A DNA stretch of 64,000 nucleotides from Octopus sinensis (GCF_006345805.1 NC_042997.1:158038001-158102000); one strand, 5' to 3'; positions 26,616-38,744 are shown, numbered from the stretch's first letter. Program-made: numbers and translations. Notes: generated by a model not told the origin, from the letters alone.

Positions 26616-28607
26616 CTTGTGCGTGTGTGTATACACTGACATGACTGAATTGAATATACACACCCTTATGATTTTAAAAATGTATTTAAATCTGAAATTA
26701 TACATTCAAATTATCATTAATTATTATAACGTGAATATTTAGTAGACATGCTCTTTGCATTTTCAATGCAAGAACTCCATTAGGCATGCTACTGAAGCAT
26801 GCCTACTTATTTTGTCGGCTTATTTTACTCAACCGCCTTTGTTTAGTTATGGTGGAGGAAAACAGTGAGACAAGGACACATGCACACACATACATTCTCT
26901 TGAAGAATTCCTTGCCAATTTTTATGCAGAAGTCTCAAAAGATCTGGCTTTGAGGATGCTTTTTTGTTCTTTTTATGGAGTATCCTGCCCATTATGCACC
27001 AGAGATGTTCAATAGGGTTCATATCAGGTAACTGGCTTGGTCATGGAAGCTTTTCAATGCTGTACCAAGTCGTAAAAGACGGTAATGAGGTAATGGCCAT
27101 GTTGCCTGAACAAGTATAATTGTTAGTTTCTAATTGGTTAAAATTACTGCCCATATTTGAATTCTAAACTTTAGTCAAAGAGAAATCTTTCACGAAATAC
27201 GGTTCTTAGAATTCAGGTTTGAACAGTTATAAAAACCCTGATGTTTGGAAATTAATCAGTGATTGTTGGTTGTCAATAGACTCTACTACACTCACCCTAG
27301 TGATACACGACACTCACTCCTTTGAGATATTCGCTCTTTTTATGCCATGTCTCTTACTTAAAACCAACAAGACTTATTTGAATTGTTGTGTAAACTCTAG
27401 TAGTTTAGTATGAAAGAATTAGCTAGTAACTCTCTACGACAAATTTCTTTAACTTCTAAATGTATTGAAAATATTAAATGTACGTAAATAAACTAATGTA
27501 GGAAATATTACACAGCCATGCTTACGTCTACGTTTTATTTCGATCATGACTATCCCACCTTATATGCATCTATTACCTTAGTGTTGCAGTAGAGTGTGTT
27601 TTCAGGGCGATTTATATGGTAATTTCGAAGCCCTAATGGCTACCTAAAAAAAGTGAAGGGTTATCTATCTGTTAGATAGTCAAAACTAGTATTTGATTTG
27701 AAATTGCCTCTCAATCCTGTATCGAAACATTGCGTTTGAATTTAATGTTGGTCTTGTAGTGTATCAGCAAGTAGCAAAAGTTGATAAAGTTTCTGGAGAT
27801 TTGGGACCTCATTGTTCCGCGCAATAAAACAATCCAATCTGATATTTACATGTTTCAATCATTCCACTGTTCTATTTCCGGTAATATTAATAAACATATT
27901 AAATTGTTTAGACAATTTAAAATCAACGCCAGACGACTGGCTTATCAGAATGAGACACCAGATATTTGTATTTTTCTGAAGAGGAATAAAGAATTAAAAA
28001 AAATAACAATTAAAAAACGACAACAACAAAGAATGTTTTGCAAATTCTGTAGAATAACCAGCAAACAAAGCTGATAAAAATAAAATATTGTATTGATTAA
28101 AATGATTTGATTGATTATAATTACTTTAAACGTAATTAATGCTATATTTTATTGAGCCAAGATAAAACTGAAAACGATTTTTTCGAATTCATTTTCGATC
28201 TAGGATATTATATAATTGTTGCATGTGGAACATTGGCTGCCAACTTAGCAAATATAGTTTAATTATTGACATAAACACTTTAACGAAGAGCAAAAATGTG
28301 TATATCATATTTCTGTACACGTTTGCAGAAATTACTTGTGAAATGCTATTTACAATATAACAACTTCTAACATAACAATCTTTGTCTTGTAACGGATAGC
28401 ATGTCAATTAGAGATTGGTTGTTGTTGTTATTGTGTACACCAACGATCAAGACGTTCCAGATATGACCATACCATATTTTGTGTGGACAGTGTAGTGTTT
28501 GTTTCGAGGTAGATTGGACTACAAGTTCTAACAATCCGAATAAACGTATAGAGGTTGTCTTGCTGTATAGTCACTTCTCAAGATGGGATCAAGCATCACA
28601 TCACTAA

Positions 28608-28708
28608 GGCAGGATCGTTAGAGCTTCTGGGAAAGTGCATTATGGCATTTGTTCCGGCTCTCTGCTTTCTGAGTTCAAATCCATCCGAGTTCAACTTTGC
28701 TTTTCATT
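28608..28708 (+). mobile_element. SINE family A fragment
   Basis: ggcaggatcgttagagc...ctgagttcaaatccatccgagttcaactttgcttttcat. Confidence 0.6.
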
Positions 28709-28813
<105 letters not shown>

Positions 28814-29864
28814 CCTCTTTTAGAATTGGCTGCAACTGACGAGATAGTGGATGGTGGTCATGCAAAAATCCTAAATGATACCGTCGAAAAACACTTAAAT
28901 TCTCTGAAGAATATTCCATGCCCAGCATATTTTCCCTGTGAACGAAGTCCCCTGGGTTCATTCGTTGGTTTGTCGCACTCTCCACCTGTCCTTCTCCATA
29001 ACTGATATATTATTCTCATAACATTATACAACTCCATTTCACAACCGAGAAGCGATTTATCGGCATGCCTTCCACACGCGGCATTAACGAACAATTCTTA
29101 TTAGCAAAAGAAGTATTTTGAACAGTTTGAAGAAATTGAATATACTTCTTCATCCTCATTTTCTGACCCCAGACCTAGAATACACACGTTCACCTCCTCA
29201 CTATTGGCTGTATTGAATATTATGAATTTCATTTCTATGAATGTGTCAATCATCCACACATTGAACATCAGTACACTGTTAATTGATCTTAACATATTAT
29301 ATACACTTTTACAATTCTTTCCCTTATCTGACTCATTACTAAATACACTCACAAGCAAACGCTAACCTATCTCAAATCCTTCGGCCTCGAACTAGAAGGT
29401 CATACAAGTATATCTAAACTCAGTGATTTATAATATTTTTCATATACTATCTATTCAAACAATTCACACATTCACACTTCTCTTTCACTCTCTCCTCCTT
29501 TCCTAACTTTCATACTCTCAACATTAGCGAACCGCTAGGTAAAAAAATTGAAAAATACTATATTTCATTTTCCTCAGATAAGTGCTCAATCAGAAAATAT
29601 CAAATCCCTCTTTACTTCATGAAAACAAACTTCTCCAAACACATTAACTTTACTATAAAATAAAATTTTTGCTGATGTAGACAGTCACCAGCTTCCTCAA
29701 ACTCCATGACATATATTTCAAACAGTATTATTCAGTTCCGTGCTACGTCAAGTTTCGCAGGTACCTAACGGGAGCCCGACTCCTTCCGTCTGCTGGAATA
29801 TATATATATGCATCCACACACACGCACATGTATAAGTAAATATACATATACATATATGCATATA

Positions 29865-30278
29865 TCATTTACTTCTCTCGATCATCAGTCTGCGACCATG
29901 CAGAGGCACCGCCTTGAAGAATTTTAGTCGAACGAATCGGGCTTAGTATTCATGTTTTCATCCTGGTACTTATTCTATCGGTCTTCTTACCGATCCGCTA
30001 ATTTACGAGGACGTAAACACACCAACAAGCGGTGAGGGGGGAAAGCCTGACACAGACGTAGGCACACAGTCACAGACATACGCACACAAGCGTACAAACA
30101 CACACAAACACACACACATATGATGGACTTATTTCAGTTTCCACCTACCAAACTCACTCACAAGAATTAGGTCGGTTTGAGACTTTAGCAGACACCTGCC
30201 CAAGGTGCCTCGCAGCGGAACTGGAGCCGGACACATGTTGTTTGGAAATAAACTTTTTACCACAAAGCCACGCCTGTG

Positions 30279-30280
<2 letters not shown>
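29865..30280 (-). mobile_element. SINE family B (degenerate, full length)
   Basis: rc matches to the head (gcacaggcgtggctttgtggtaaaaag), core and tail of the family B copy at 32561. Confidence 0.75.
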
Positions 30281-30314
<34 letters not shown>

Positions 30315-30474
30315 TAGGCATAAATACACACACACACATGCACACATACATACACACACATATAGGTGTGAGTGTGCCTGTCTCTATGCATATGTTATTA
30401 TGTGTGCGTTCGTATACAGTTAGGAAGGTATGCATTTTTATGGGCACATCTGGAATCTAAAATGCCATACTTTT

Positions 30475-30580
30475 AGCACACACACACACAGACACAGACA
30501 CACACAGACACAGACACACACACACACAAACACCACACACACACACACACACACACCACACACACACACCACACACACAC

Positions 30581-30672
<92 letters not shown>
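30475..30672. repeat. (CA)n/(TA)n microsatellite block
   Basis: Direct reading. Confidence 0.9.
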
Positions 30673-30676
<4 letters not shown>

Positions 30677-31905
30677 GCACGCAAAATCTCATAGAAGATT
30701 CGGTAAGTTAAAAGATGCATAAAAGGTAATAGTTTTTTTGAAGAATTTATTATATACTATAGTAGTATTTGCGAAACTGTTGTCAAATTACATTAATCCT
30801 AAAGTTTGTCACAAGGGTAAATTGATTTATAGAATTCTCACTCAGTGAGAAGTTGAATGAGTAATTTCGGCTTAGAATGTCTGGGGAGTAATTTAAGAAT
30901 AATAAATATCACCTTCATGGCCGAAACGCCTTCAGAACGCAATTCAACTCTCTCTATATATTCTCAATAGTGAATCTATTATCAAAGAAAATATATATCT
31001 GAAACAGTTCGGTAATGAAATCCTTACAGTATTGTATGTAAATTGAACTTTACGATAATAGAGTCGCTCACATTTCTCAAGAACAACAAACGTCTAGAAA
31101 ATAAGGGTGAATGAAAAGGAAAAGACGAATGCTACTGTGACTGCAACTGAATTATTTATTTAGCAAGTAAGGTTCCGCTAACATCTCACTTGCGTATAGC
31201 CGTGAAACAAATAATTTCTTCAAAAGCTTCTCTATCGATATGTTGATATTAAGCAATCTCTGGCCTTTTTTTTTTTCCAATGGTCAACTTAAATTCTCAA
31301 TATTTTGTAATACTATTCTGATAATTGAATTGTATTGGAAGAAACAAAAACAAAAACAAAAAAAAAAATACTAATTAAAAATAAACAAGTTTTCACTTGA
31401 CGGATACTGTTAATTCGTTATGCCTTATCGATATATTGATGCAGACACAAATAGCCAAAACGTTACATATAACCTTCACTGTAAAGAGCTAATGTCTAAC
31501 GTGTTATTAAAATTTATCAAGTACTATATTACTCTTAATGGATTATGTATCAAAAATCAACAACATAGTTTGTCGGATCCGAAATGTCAGATTAGAAATA
31601 ATAACGAGAGCGTTTTATTGGACATCATTGATGGAATTTAAATTCTAAATTTCCATTAAGTTTAGGAAATTAATCAAGACGAATGTATTTTAGTAAGTGA
31701 AATTTCTTCAAGAAATCAGATATTTTATATTAAAAAGTACACCGAAAAGGTTTGTGCCGAATATATCAACCAAACTATTTTAAATATTGATAATTAAAGT
31801 AAATTTTAGTTTCTTATGAATAAATCATGAATTTGAAACATCATGATTTAAATACAATCAACATTATATATTTCCCAAAACATTTATGTGTTATACACAC
31901 ACAGA

Positions 31906-31986
<81 letters not shown>

Positions 31987-32560
31987 AAGATACATACTTG
32001 TGTACATATATATATTGTTGCTATTACATTAAATTGTCGTATGCACAAATTTAGCCAAAAGTGTTTTTCTTTCAATATTTGTTTTTGCTTGCATTAGCCG
32101 GTTCTTTTGGCCAAACTATCGTATCTGCAGCTGCTTCAGATTCCAAGATATCAAACATTGTCAAAGTGTAGTACAACGGTTTTGCTACGAAATGGTGAAA
32201 CATTTTTTTTCGTTTTCAGAATATGTCACGTTTTGGGCTTATGGCACTTTAGCATAATAGCAACGATATATATTGCATATCCACATATGTTTATGAATAT
32301 ATATATTCATATCGAAAGATACATATATTTATTTATTTATTTGTTTATACAAAATGAATTGGACTTTCTCCTATCCACGATACCATACTAGCGAACATCC
32401 TCGCAGCATGTAAAGACGAAGACAATAGTATCAAACACCAAATGAGTCAACAACCAGCACATCCGACCAGCCACAGAAGAGCTCTATGGAAATGGTAGAG
32501 GCCCAGAATGACTGAAGCCGCATGGCTGCAACATATAAGAATATGAAAGAGTAAAAGAAT

Positions 32561-32979
32561 AGGCGTAGGAGTGGTAAGTAGCTTGCTTATGAATCACATG
32601 GTGCCGGGTTCAGTTCCACTGCGTGGACTCTCGGGCAAATGTCTTCTGCTATAGCCTCGGCCCGACCAAAGCCTTGTGAGTGGATTTGGTAGACGGAAAC
32701 TGAAAGAAGCCCATCGTATATATATATGTATATATCTGTATGTGTGTGAATGTGTATATGTTTGGGTGTATATGTTTGTCATCCCAACATCGCTTGACAA
32801 CCGATGCTGGTGTGTTTACGTCCCCGTAACTTAGCGGTTCGGCAAAAGGGACCGATAGAATAAGTACTAGGCTTACAAAGAATAAGTCCTGGGATCGATT
32901 TGCTCGACTAAAGGAGGTGATCCAGCATGGCCACAGTCTAATGACTGAAACAAATAAAAGAGTAAAAGAATAAAAGAGA
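32561..32979 (+). mobile_element. SINE family B (best-preserved copy)
   Basis: aggcgtaggagtggtaagtagcttgc...gggttcagttcc (B-box-like)...gtggatttggtagacggaaactgaaagaagccc...ccagcatggccacagtctaatgactgaaacaaataaaagagtaaaag. Confidence 0.85.
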
Positions 32980-33115
32980 ATACACACACACACACACAAT
33001 TTTACTACTAGTTTAACCCCAGGCAGATTCTCCGCCAGCTGGTTTTCGATGCAAATCTCTGCATCCTTTATATACAACATATCTCTAGCAAACCCCTACT
33101 AATCTCCATCAGCTA

Positions 33116-33178
33116 ACAGGATCACGGGACTTGTCCAGTTTCGAGATAGTTGGCTCTTCGTCAGCCGCGCGCACCTGT
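33116..33178 (-). ncRNA. Type I hammerhead ribozyme, apparently intact, with extended stem I
   Basis: Minus strand: ACAGG tgcg CGCGG CTGACGA A GAG ccaactat CTC GAAA CT ggaca AG TC | CCGTG at CCTGT; conserved core, stems I-III pair, GUC cleavage triplet. Confidence 0.85.
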
Positions 33179-33305
33179 GCAATGGAGTGATAAATAAGAT
33201 CCGCCTCTGCCATCAATATATAGCATACAAAGTGACCATCTATCACTGATTTGCAACAAAATAGCTAAAATCTCAAGAAGAGATCAGTGTAGTAACTATA
33301 CTAAA

Positions 33306-33437
33306 TAGATTTATCAACCCCTAATGGATGAAATGCAAAGTCAACCTCGGTGGAATTTGATCTCAGAACGTAGCGACGAGCGAAATGCTGCTAAGCATTT
33401 CGTCCAGCACGCTAACAATTCTGCCAGCTCGCCGCCT
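33306..33437 (-). mobile_element. SINE family A
   Basis: rc of aggcggcgagctggcagaattgttagcgtgctggacgaaatgcttagc...ctgagatcaaattccaccgagg. Confidence 0.8.
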
Positions 33438-33459
33438 TAATAAATATAATAATAATAAC

Positions 33460-33690
33460 TAATCCTTGGATGGAATTTATAAATATTTAATGCATCGCTA
33501 CGCTCGTTTCCACGTATTACATGTCTCTTAATATCACAGTCCGTATTCCTGAGATGATTACTGTGCAATCCATAGTATCCGGACTGCACTGTAATCATCC
33601 CAGGAATACGGACTCTGATCTTAAAAGACGTGATATGAGGAAACGCGCGTAGTGACGCATTAAATGCTTATAGATTCCATCCGAGGATTA
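33460..33690. repeat. ~231-bp long imperfect palindrome (foldback/MITE-like)
   Basis: Arm 33460-33571 is the reverse complement of 33581-33690 with scattered mismatches; 9-nt loop. Confidence 0.85.
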
Positions 33691-34805
33691 TTGTAATTAT
33701 ATATATGTATGTGTGTGTGTTCGTGTGTGTGTGTGTATGTGTGTGTGTGTGTATGTGTGTATGTGTGCATGCATGTATAGGATGCAACGTCACTTCCGTG
33801 TGGTAGTTGGGATTGACTTCCATTAATATCTCTGCAACACGTGTGTTCTCGTTATATGTAGAACTATTACGATGGTATTTTCCTTTAGTTATTATTCAAT
33901 ATTTATAGTTTGTAAGTGTATATATTGATTTAACTATATATATATTTATTTATCCTATAATTTGGGTAACTTGAGTGACTCCCAAGTAACCAGCTTGTTT
34001 TTCATTTACCTATAATGGATTATTTATCTCTATGCAGCTAGGACGTGTTATTAGTTATTTATTTCAATTATAGATATTTGTATATGTATTTATGTGCACA
34101 TATCTATCTATCGTCCTATCTATAATATATTTTAAATGTCATTTAACAATATATCTCTTTTTTATTCTTTTGTTTTGATTTTACTAAGCAATTTATTTGG
34201 TTAATATATTTATACTGTTGAACTGGCTTCATAGATGTTTATCTCAGCTTGTCCGTTTCCTTGTACATTGTTCGAGGGAGTTGTGTACTGTACCACTAGC
34301 TTATTTTGGCTTCTTTTTGGTGTGATATCATGCTGGAGATGTGATGTTGATTGAGAAGCTAAGAATTTCGTAGTCTATATTTGTAGTGTCCGAAATTCCT
34401 TTTGTTATAAGTTCTTTTTTATCAGTACTATTGGTTAGCTCAAAGTAATAACTATTTGTTTATTCTGATGTTATTACTTGTAGTAATAAGCTATAAGATT
34501 CTCAGGCAGCGTTTGTATTTTGAACGCTTGACACTGCTGGATTGAATAGTACTGTCTAGTTGTCTACACCATAGTGATATCTGTTTTGCAGCAGCTGATG
34601 GGAATACACTTATGTTATTCTTGATTGAGAATATTTTTTATGCCTTAATCTCGTTATTCTGAGTTGTTCTTCATTCTTGCAAAGTGGAGAGTGTTTGTCG
34701 ATTCAAAGTTTGTGGATATCACTTTCATTAGCATTGTTTGATTTTGTTCATAAGTAATCTCATTTGGTTTAGAACATGCTTACATATTGGTGTCTAGTTT
34801 TGTGG

Positions 34806-34841
<36 letters not shown>

Positions 34842-35115
34842 CAACAATTGAGGGTAAAATTAATTAATTAATTAATCAATTTCACCAAGTATTCAGTATG
34901 CAAAGGGACCATTTAAGGCAAATTCAAATTATTACATTATATAAAAGGGCTTAGTAAAATAAATTACTTTGCCGCATACTGAACTCGTTAGAAATAGCAG
35001 CTAAAAAAACTTTTTATAAAACTATTTCTAACACTTAAAGAAAACCTCTCTCATATAGTGTTTGCTCAATTCAACTCAAGAAAGTATGAGGGTAGAGACA
35101 TTAAAAAATCAAATG

Positions 35116-35190
35116 CAAAGGTTATTTGAGTACGTACGTTTCAAGATTAGTCAAAATCGACCCTTCTCTCATCAGCTCAGAATGCCCTTG
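35116..35190 (-). ncRNA. Hammerhead ribozyme, unit 1
   Basis: Minus strand CAAGGG c ATT c TGAG CTGATGA GAGA agg GTC gatttt GAC taa TCTT GAAA C gtac G TA | CTCA AAT aa CCTTTG. Confidence 0.8.
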
Positions 35191-35677
35191 TTTGAATTTG
35201 AAAACACTGAAAATGGGAGCATACCCTTTCGGCTTGTTATCGCTTCTGAAGATCTGTTCCAAACTAACAGTGCCAACAAACTCAAATATGCAAGAGAAAA
35301 ATTTCTGCTCTCCCCTTTTCCACCAGCGTGGGTTAAAATCAGCAAACACTATGCTTTTTTCGGTAAAATCCGAGACAATTAAGTAGAGAGAGATGAATTA
35401 TAATTTCAACAATTGAGGGTAAAATTAATTAATAATTAATCAATTTCACCAAGTATTCAGTATGCAAAGGGACCATTTAAGGCAAATTCAAATTATTACA
35501 TTATATAAAAGGCTTAGTAAAATAAATTACTTTGCCGCATACTGAACTCGTTAGAAATAGCAGCTAAAAAAACTTTTTATAAAACTATTTCTAACACTTA
35601 AGAAAACCTCTCTCATATAGTGTTTGCTCAATTCAACTCAAGAAAGTATGAGGGTAGAGACATTAAAAAATCAAATG

Positions 35678-35752
35678 CAAAGGTTATTTGAGTACGTACG
35701 TTTCAAGATTAGTCAAAATCGACCCTTCTCTCATCAGCTCAGAATGCCCTTG
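35678..35752 (-). ncRNA. Hammerhead ribozyme, unit 2
   Basis: Identical motif to unit 1. Confidence 0.8.
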
Positions 35753-36241
35753 TTTGAATTTGAAAACACTGAAAATGGGAGCATACCCTTTCGGCTTGTT
35801 ATCGCTTCTGAAGATCTGTTCCAAACTAACAGTGCCAACAAACTCAAATATGCAAGAGAAAAATTTCTGCTCTCCCCTTTCCACCAGCGTGGGTTAAAAT
35901 CAGCAAACACTATGCTTTTTTCGGTAAAATCCGAGACAATTAAGTAGAGAGAGATGAATTATAATTTCAACAATTGAGGGTAAAATTAATTAATTAATTA
36001 ATCAATTTCACCAAGTATTCAGTATGCAAAGGGACCATTTAAGGCAAATTCAAATTATTACATTATATAAAAGGGCTTAGTAAAATAAATTACTTTGCCG
36101 CATACTGAACTCGTTAGAAATAGCAGCTAAAAAAACTTTTTATAAAACTATTTCTAACACTTAAAGAAAACCTCTCTCATATAGTGTTTGCTCAATTCAA
36201 CTCAAGAAAGTATGAGGGTAGAGACATTAAAAAATCAAATG

Positions 36242-36316
36242 CAAAGGTTATTTGAGTACGTACGTTTCAAGATTAGTCAAAATCGACCCTTCTCTCATCA
36301 GCTCAGAATGCCCTTG
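36242..36316 (-). ncRNA. Hammerhead ribozyme, unit 3
   Basis: Identical motif to unit 1. Confidence 0.8.
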
Positions 36317-36805
36317 TTTGAATTTGAAAACACTGAAAATGGGAGCATACCCTTTCGGCTTGTTATCGCTTCTGAAGATCTGTTCCAAACTAACAGTGCC
36401 AACAAACTCAAATATGCAAGAGAAAAATTTCTGCTCTCCCCTTTCCACCAGCGTGGGTTAAAATCAGCAAACACTATGCTTTTTTCGGTAAAATCCGAGA
36501 CAATTAAGTAGAGAGAGATGAATTATAATTTCAACAATTGAGGGTAAAATTAATTAATTAATTAATCAATTTCACCAAGTATTCAGTATGCAGGGGGACC
36601 ATTTAAGGCAAATTCAAATTATTACATTATATAAAAGGGCTTAGTAAAATAAATTACTTTGCCGCATACTGAACTCGTTAGAAATAGCAGCTAAAAAAAC
36701 TTTTTATAAAACTATTTCTAACACTTAAAGAAAACCTCTCTCATATAGTGTTTGCTCAATTCAACTCAAGAAAGTATGAGGGTAGAGACATTAAAAAATC
36801 AAATG

Positions 36806-36880
36806 CAAAGGTTATTTGAGTACGTACGTTTCAAGATTAGTCAAAATCGACCCTTCTCTCATCAGCTCAGAATGCCCTTG
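36806..36880 (-). ncRNA. Hammerhead ribozyme, unit 4
   Basis: Identical motif to unit 1. Confidence 0.8.
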
Positions 36881-37369
36881 TTTGAATTTGAAAACACTGA
36901 AAATGGGAGCATACCCTTTCGGCTTGTTATCGCTTCTGAAGATCTGTTCCAAACTAACAGTGCCAACAAACTCAAATATGCAAGAGAAAAATTTCTGCTC
37001 TCCCCTTTCCACCAGCGTGGGTTAAAATCAGCAAACACTATGCTTTTTTCGGTAAAATCCGAGACAATTAAGTAGAGAGAGATGAATTATAATTTCAACA
37101 ATTGAGGGTAAAATTAATTAATTAATTAATCAATTTCACCAAGTATTCAGTATGCAAAGGGACCATTTAAGGCAAATTCAAATTATTACATTATATAAAA
37201 GGGCTTAGTAAAATAAATTACTTTGCCGCATACTGAACTCGTTAGAAATAGCAGCTAAAAAAACTTTTTATAAAACTATTTCTAACACTTAAAGAAAACC
37301 TCTCTCATATAGTGTTTGCTCAATTCAACTCAAGAAAGTATGAGGGTAGAGACATTAAAAAATCAAATG

Positions 37370-37444
37370 CAAAGGTTATTTGAGTACGTACGTTTCAAGA
37401 TTAGTCAAAATCGACCCTTCTCTCATCAGCTCAGAATGCCCTTG
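37370..37444 (-). ncRNA. Hammerhead ribozyme, unit 5 (partial unit)
   Basis: Identical motif to unit 1. Confidence 0.8.
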
Positions 37445-37496
37445 TTTGAATTTGAAAACACTGAAAATGGGAGCATACCCTTTCGGCTTGTTATCG

Positions 37497-38006
37497 CTTG
37501 GTGAAATTGATTAATTAATTAATTAATTTTACCCTCAATTGTTGAAATTATAATTCATCTCTCTCTACTTAATTGTCTCGGATTTTACCGAAAAAAGCAT
37601 AGTGTTTGCTGATTTTAACCCACGCTGGTGGAAAGGGGAGAGCAGAAATTTTTCTCTTGCATATTTGAGTTTGTTGGCACTGTTAGTTTGGAACAGATCT
37701 TCAGAAGCGATAACAAGCCGAAAGGGTATGCTCCCATTTTCAGTGTTTTCAAATTCAAACAAGGGCATTCTGAGCTGATGAGAGAAGGGTCGATTTTGAC
37801 TAATCTTGAAACGTACGTACTCAAATAACCTTTGCATTTGATTTTTTAATGTCTCTACCCTCATACTTTCTTGAGTTGAATTGAGCAAACACTATATGAG
37901 AGAGGTTTTCTTTAAGTGTTAGAAATAGTTTTATAAAAAGTTTTTTTAGCTGCTATTTCTAACGAGTTCAGTATGCGGCAAAGTAATTTATTTTACTAAG
38001 CCCTTT

Positions 38007-38014
<8 letters not shown>
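37497..38014 (+). mobile_element. Inverted, circularly permuted copy of the 564-bp unit
   Basis: Reverse complement of the array unit, running across a unit junction; joined through a 3-nt CTT microhomology; right end abuts (TA)n. Confidence 0.9.
37760..37834 (+). ncRNA. Hammerhead ribozyme, inverted copy
   Basis: CTGATGA at 37775-37781, GAAA at 37808-37811, GUA cleavage triplet ending at 37819, stem I TGAG/CTCA extended by ATT/AAT and CAAGGG/CCTTTG. Confidence 0.8.
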
Positions 38015-38037
<23 letters not shown>

Positions 38038-38744
38038 ACTCAACTTGTGTGTATGTGTGTGTATCTGTGTGTATGTGTCTCTGTGTTTAACTTCCCGGCA
38101 CATCTCCTCCTAGCCAACAAATCGTAGAACCACAAAAAATGAGTCACTTAAAGTTTAGGCGAGTGAAAATTGAACTGCGCTATTTCTGTTCCGAAATTCA
38201 TCTCGCAAGTGCAAAAATCGATAATGTGTTTGTTTTGGCCTTATCCCATGCATTGAATAGTGAGCTTTACTCAGTCAGCTGTTTGACTTGAACTGTGTTC
38301 ACCACGCGTACAAGCATGTGTAAATTGCATGAAAAATAAAAAATCAAGATATAAAAACGAATCACCGTAAACATTGTAGAATTTCGGCAAAGAAATGAAT
38401 TTTTGGGATGTAGCCTGGAAGGTTTTTTCGTATTAATCGTTTGGACTTTGTGAACACATACCAATTGTTTTCATAACATTTTTAACGCTTTGAATTAATG
38501 TGACCATTTTGCGTTGAGTCTGCGGTTTGAATCACTTTAACCAAATTTTAGCAGGCCGGATTTTTGATCATCACGATACATCTCCAGCGACTCCCTGAAA
38601 CTCTCCCCTGAAATCCCCATTGAGAAATCTATATATATATAAAACTCAACTGTGTGTCTGTGTGTGTATCTGTGTGCGTGTCTGTGTTTAAGTTTTGGAT
38701 CTACCAAGTTTCATAATTAAGGATGGAAAGTAGTGAGTAGCAAA

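Larger units (their letters stand above)
34836..37499 (-). mobile_element. Tandem array of ~564-bp units (4 full + 1 partial), each with a hammerhead ribozyme; retrozyme or Penelope pLTR array
   Basis: Unit starts (taatttcaacaattgagggt) at 34836, 35401, 35962, 36526, 37090; units differ only by a few indels/substitutions; left end abuts (TA)n. Confidence 0.9.

Noticed and set aside
34140-34810. Possible decayed Penelope ORF adjoining the array
   Set aside because: No RT or GIY-YIG motif could be recovered in manual minus-strand translation, and the region is separated from the array by (TA)n.
35240-35310. Plus-strand CTGAAGA...GAAA in the array unit (possible second, opposite-polarity hammerhead)
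   Set aside because: No viable stem III or stem I pairing.
35062-35382. Repeated 106-107-aa ORF (MLNSTQESMRVETLK...) in each array unit, and the 66-75-aa opposite-strand ORF
   Set aside because: The track start is TTG, not ATG, and the ORF is antisense to the ribozyme. Its C-terminus changes with a homopolymer indel between units and I recognise no domain in either ORF. Recurrence only reflects the tandem repeat.
34836-37499. CRISPR-like interpretation of the array
   Set aside because: Whole units are identical with no unique spacers, and the context is eukaryotic.
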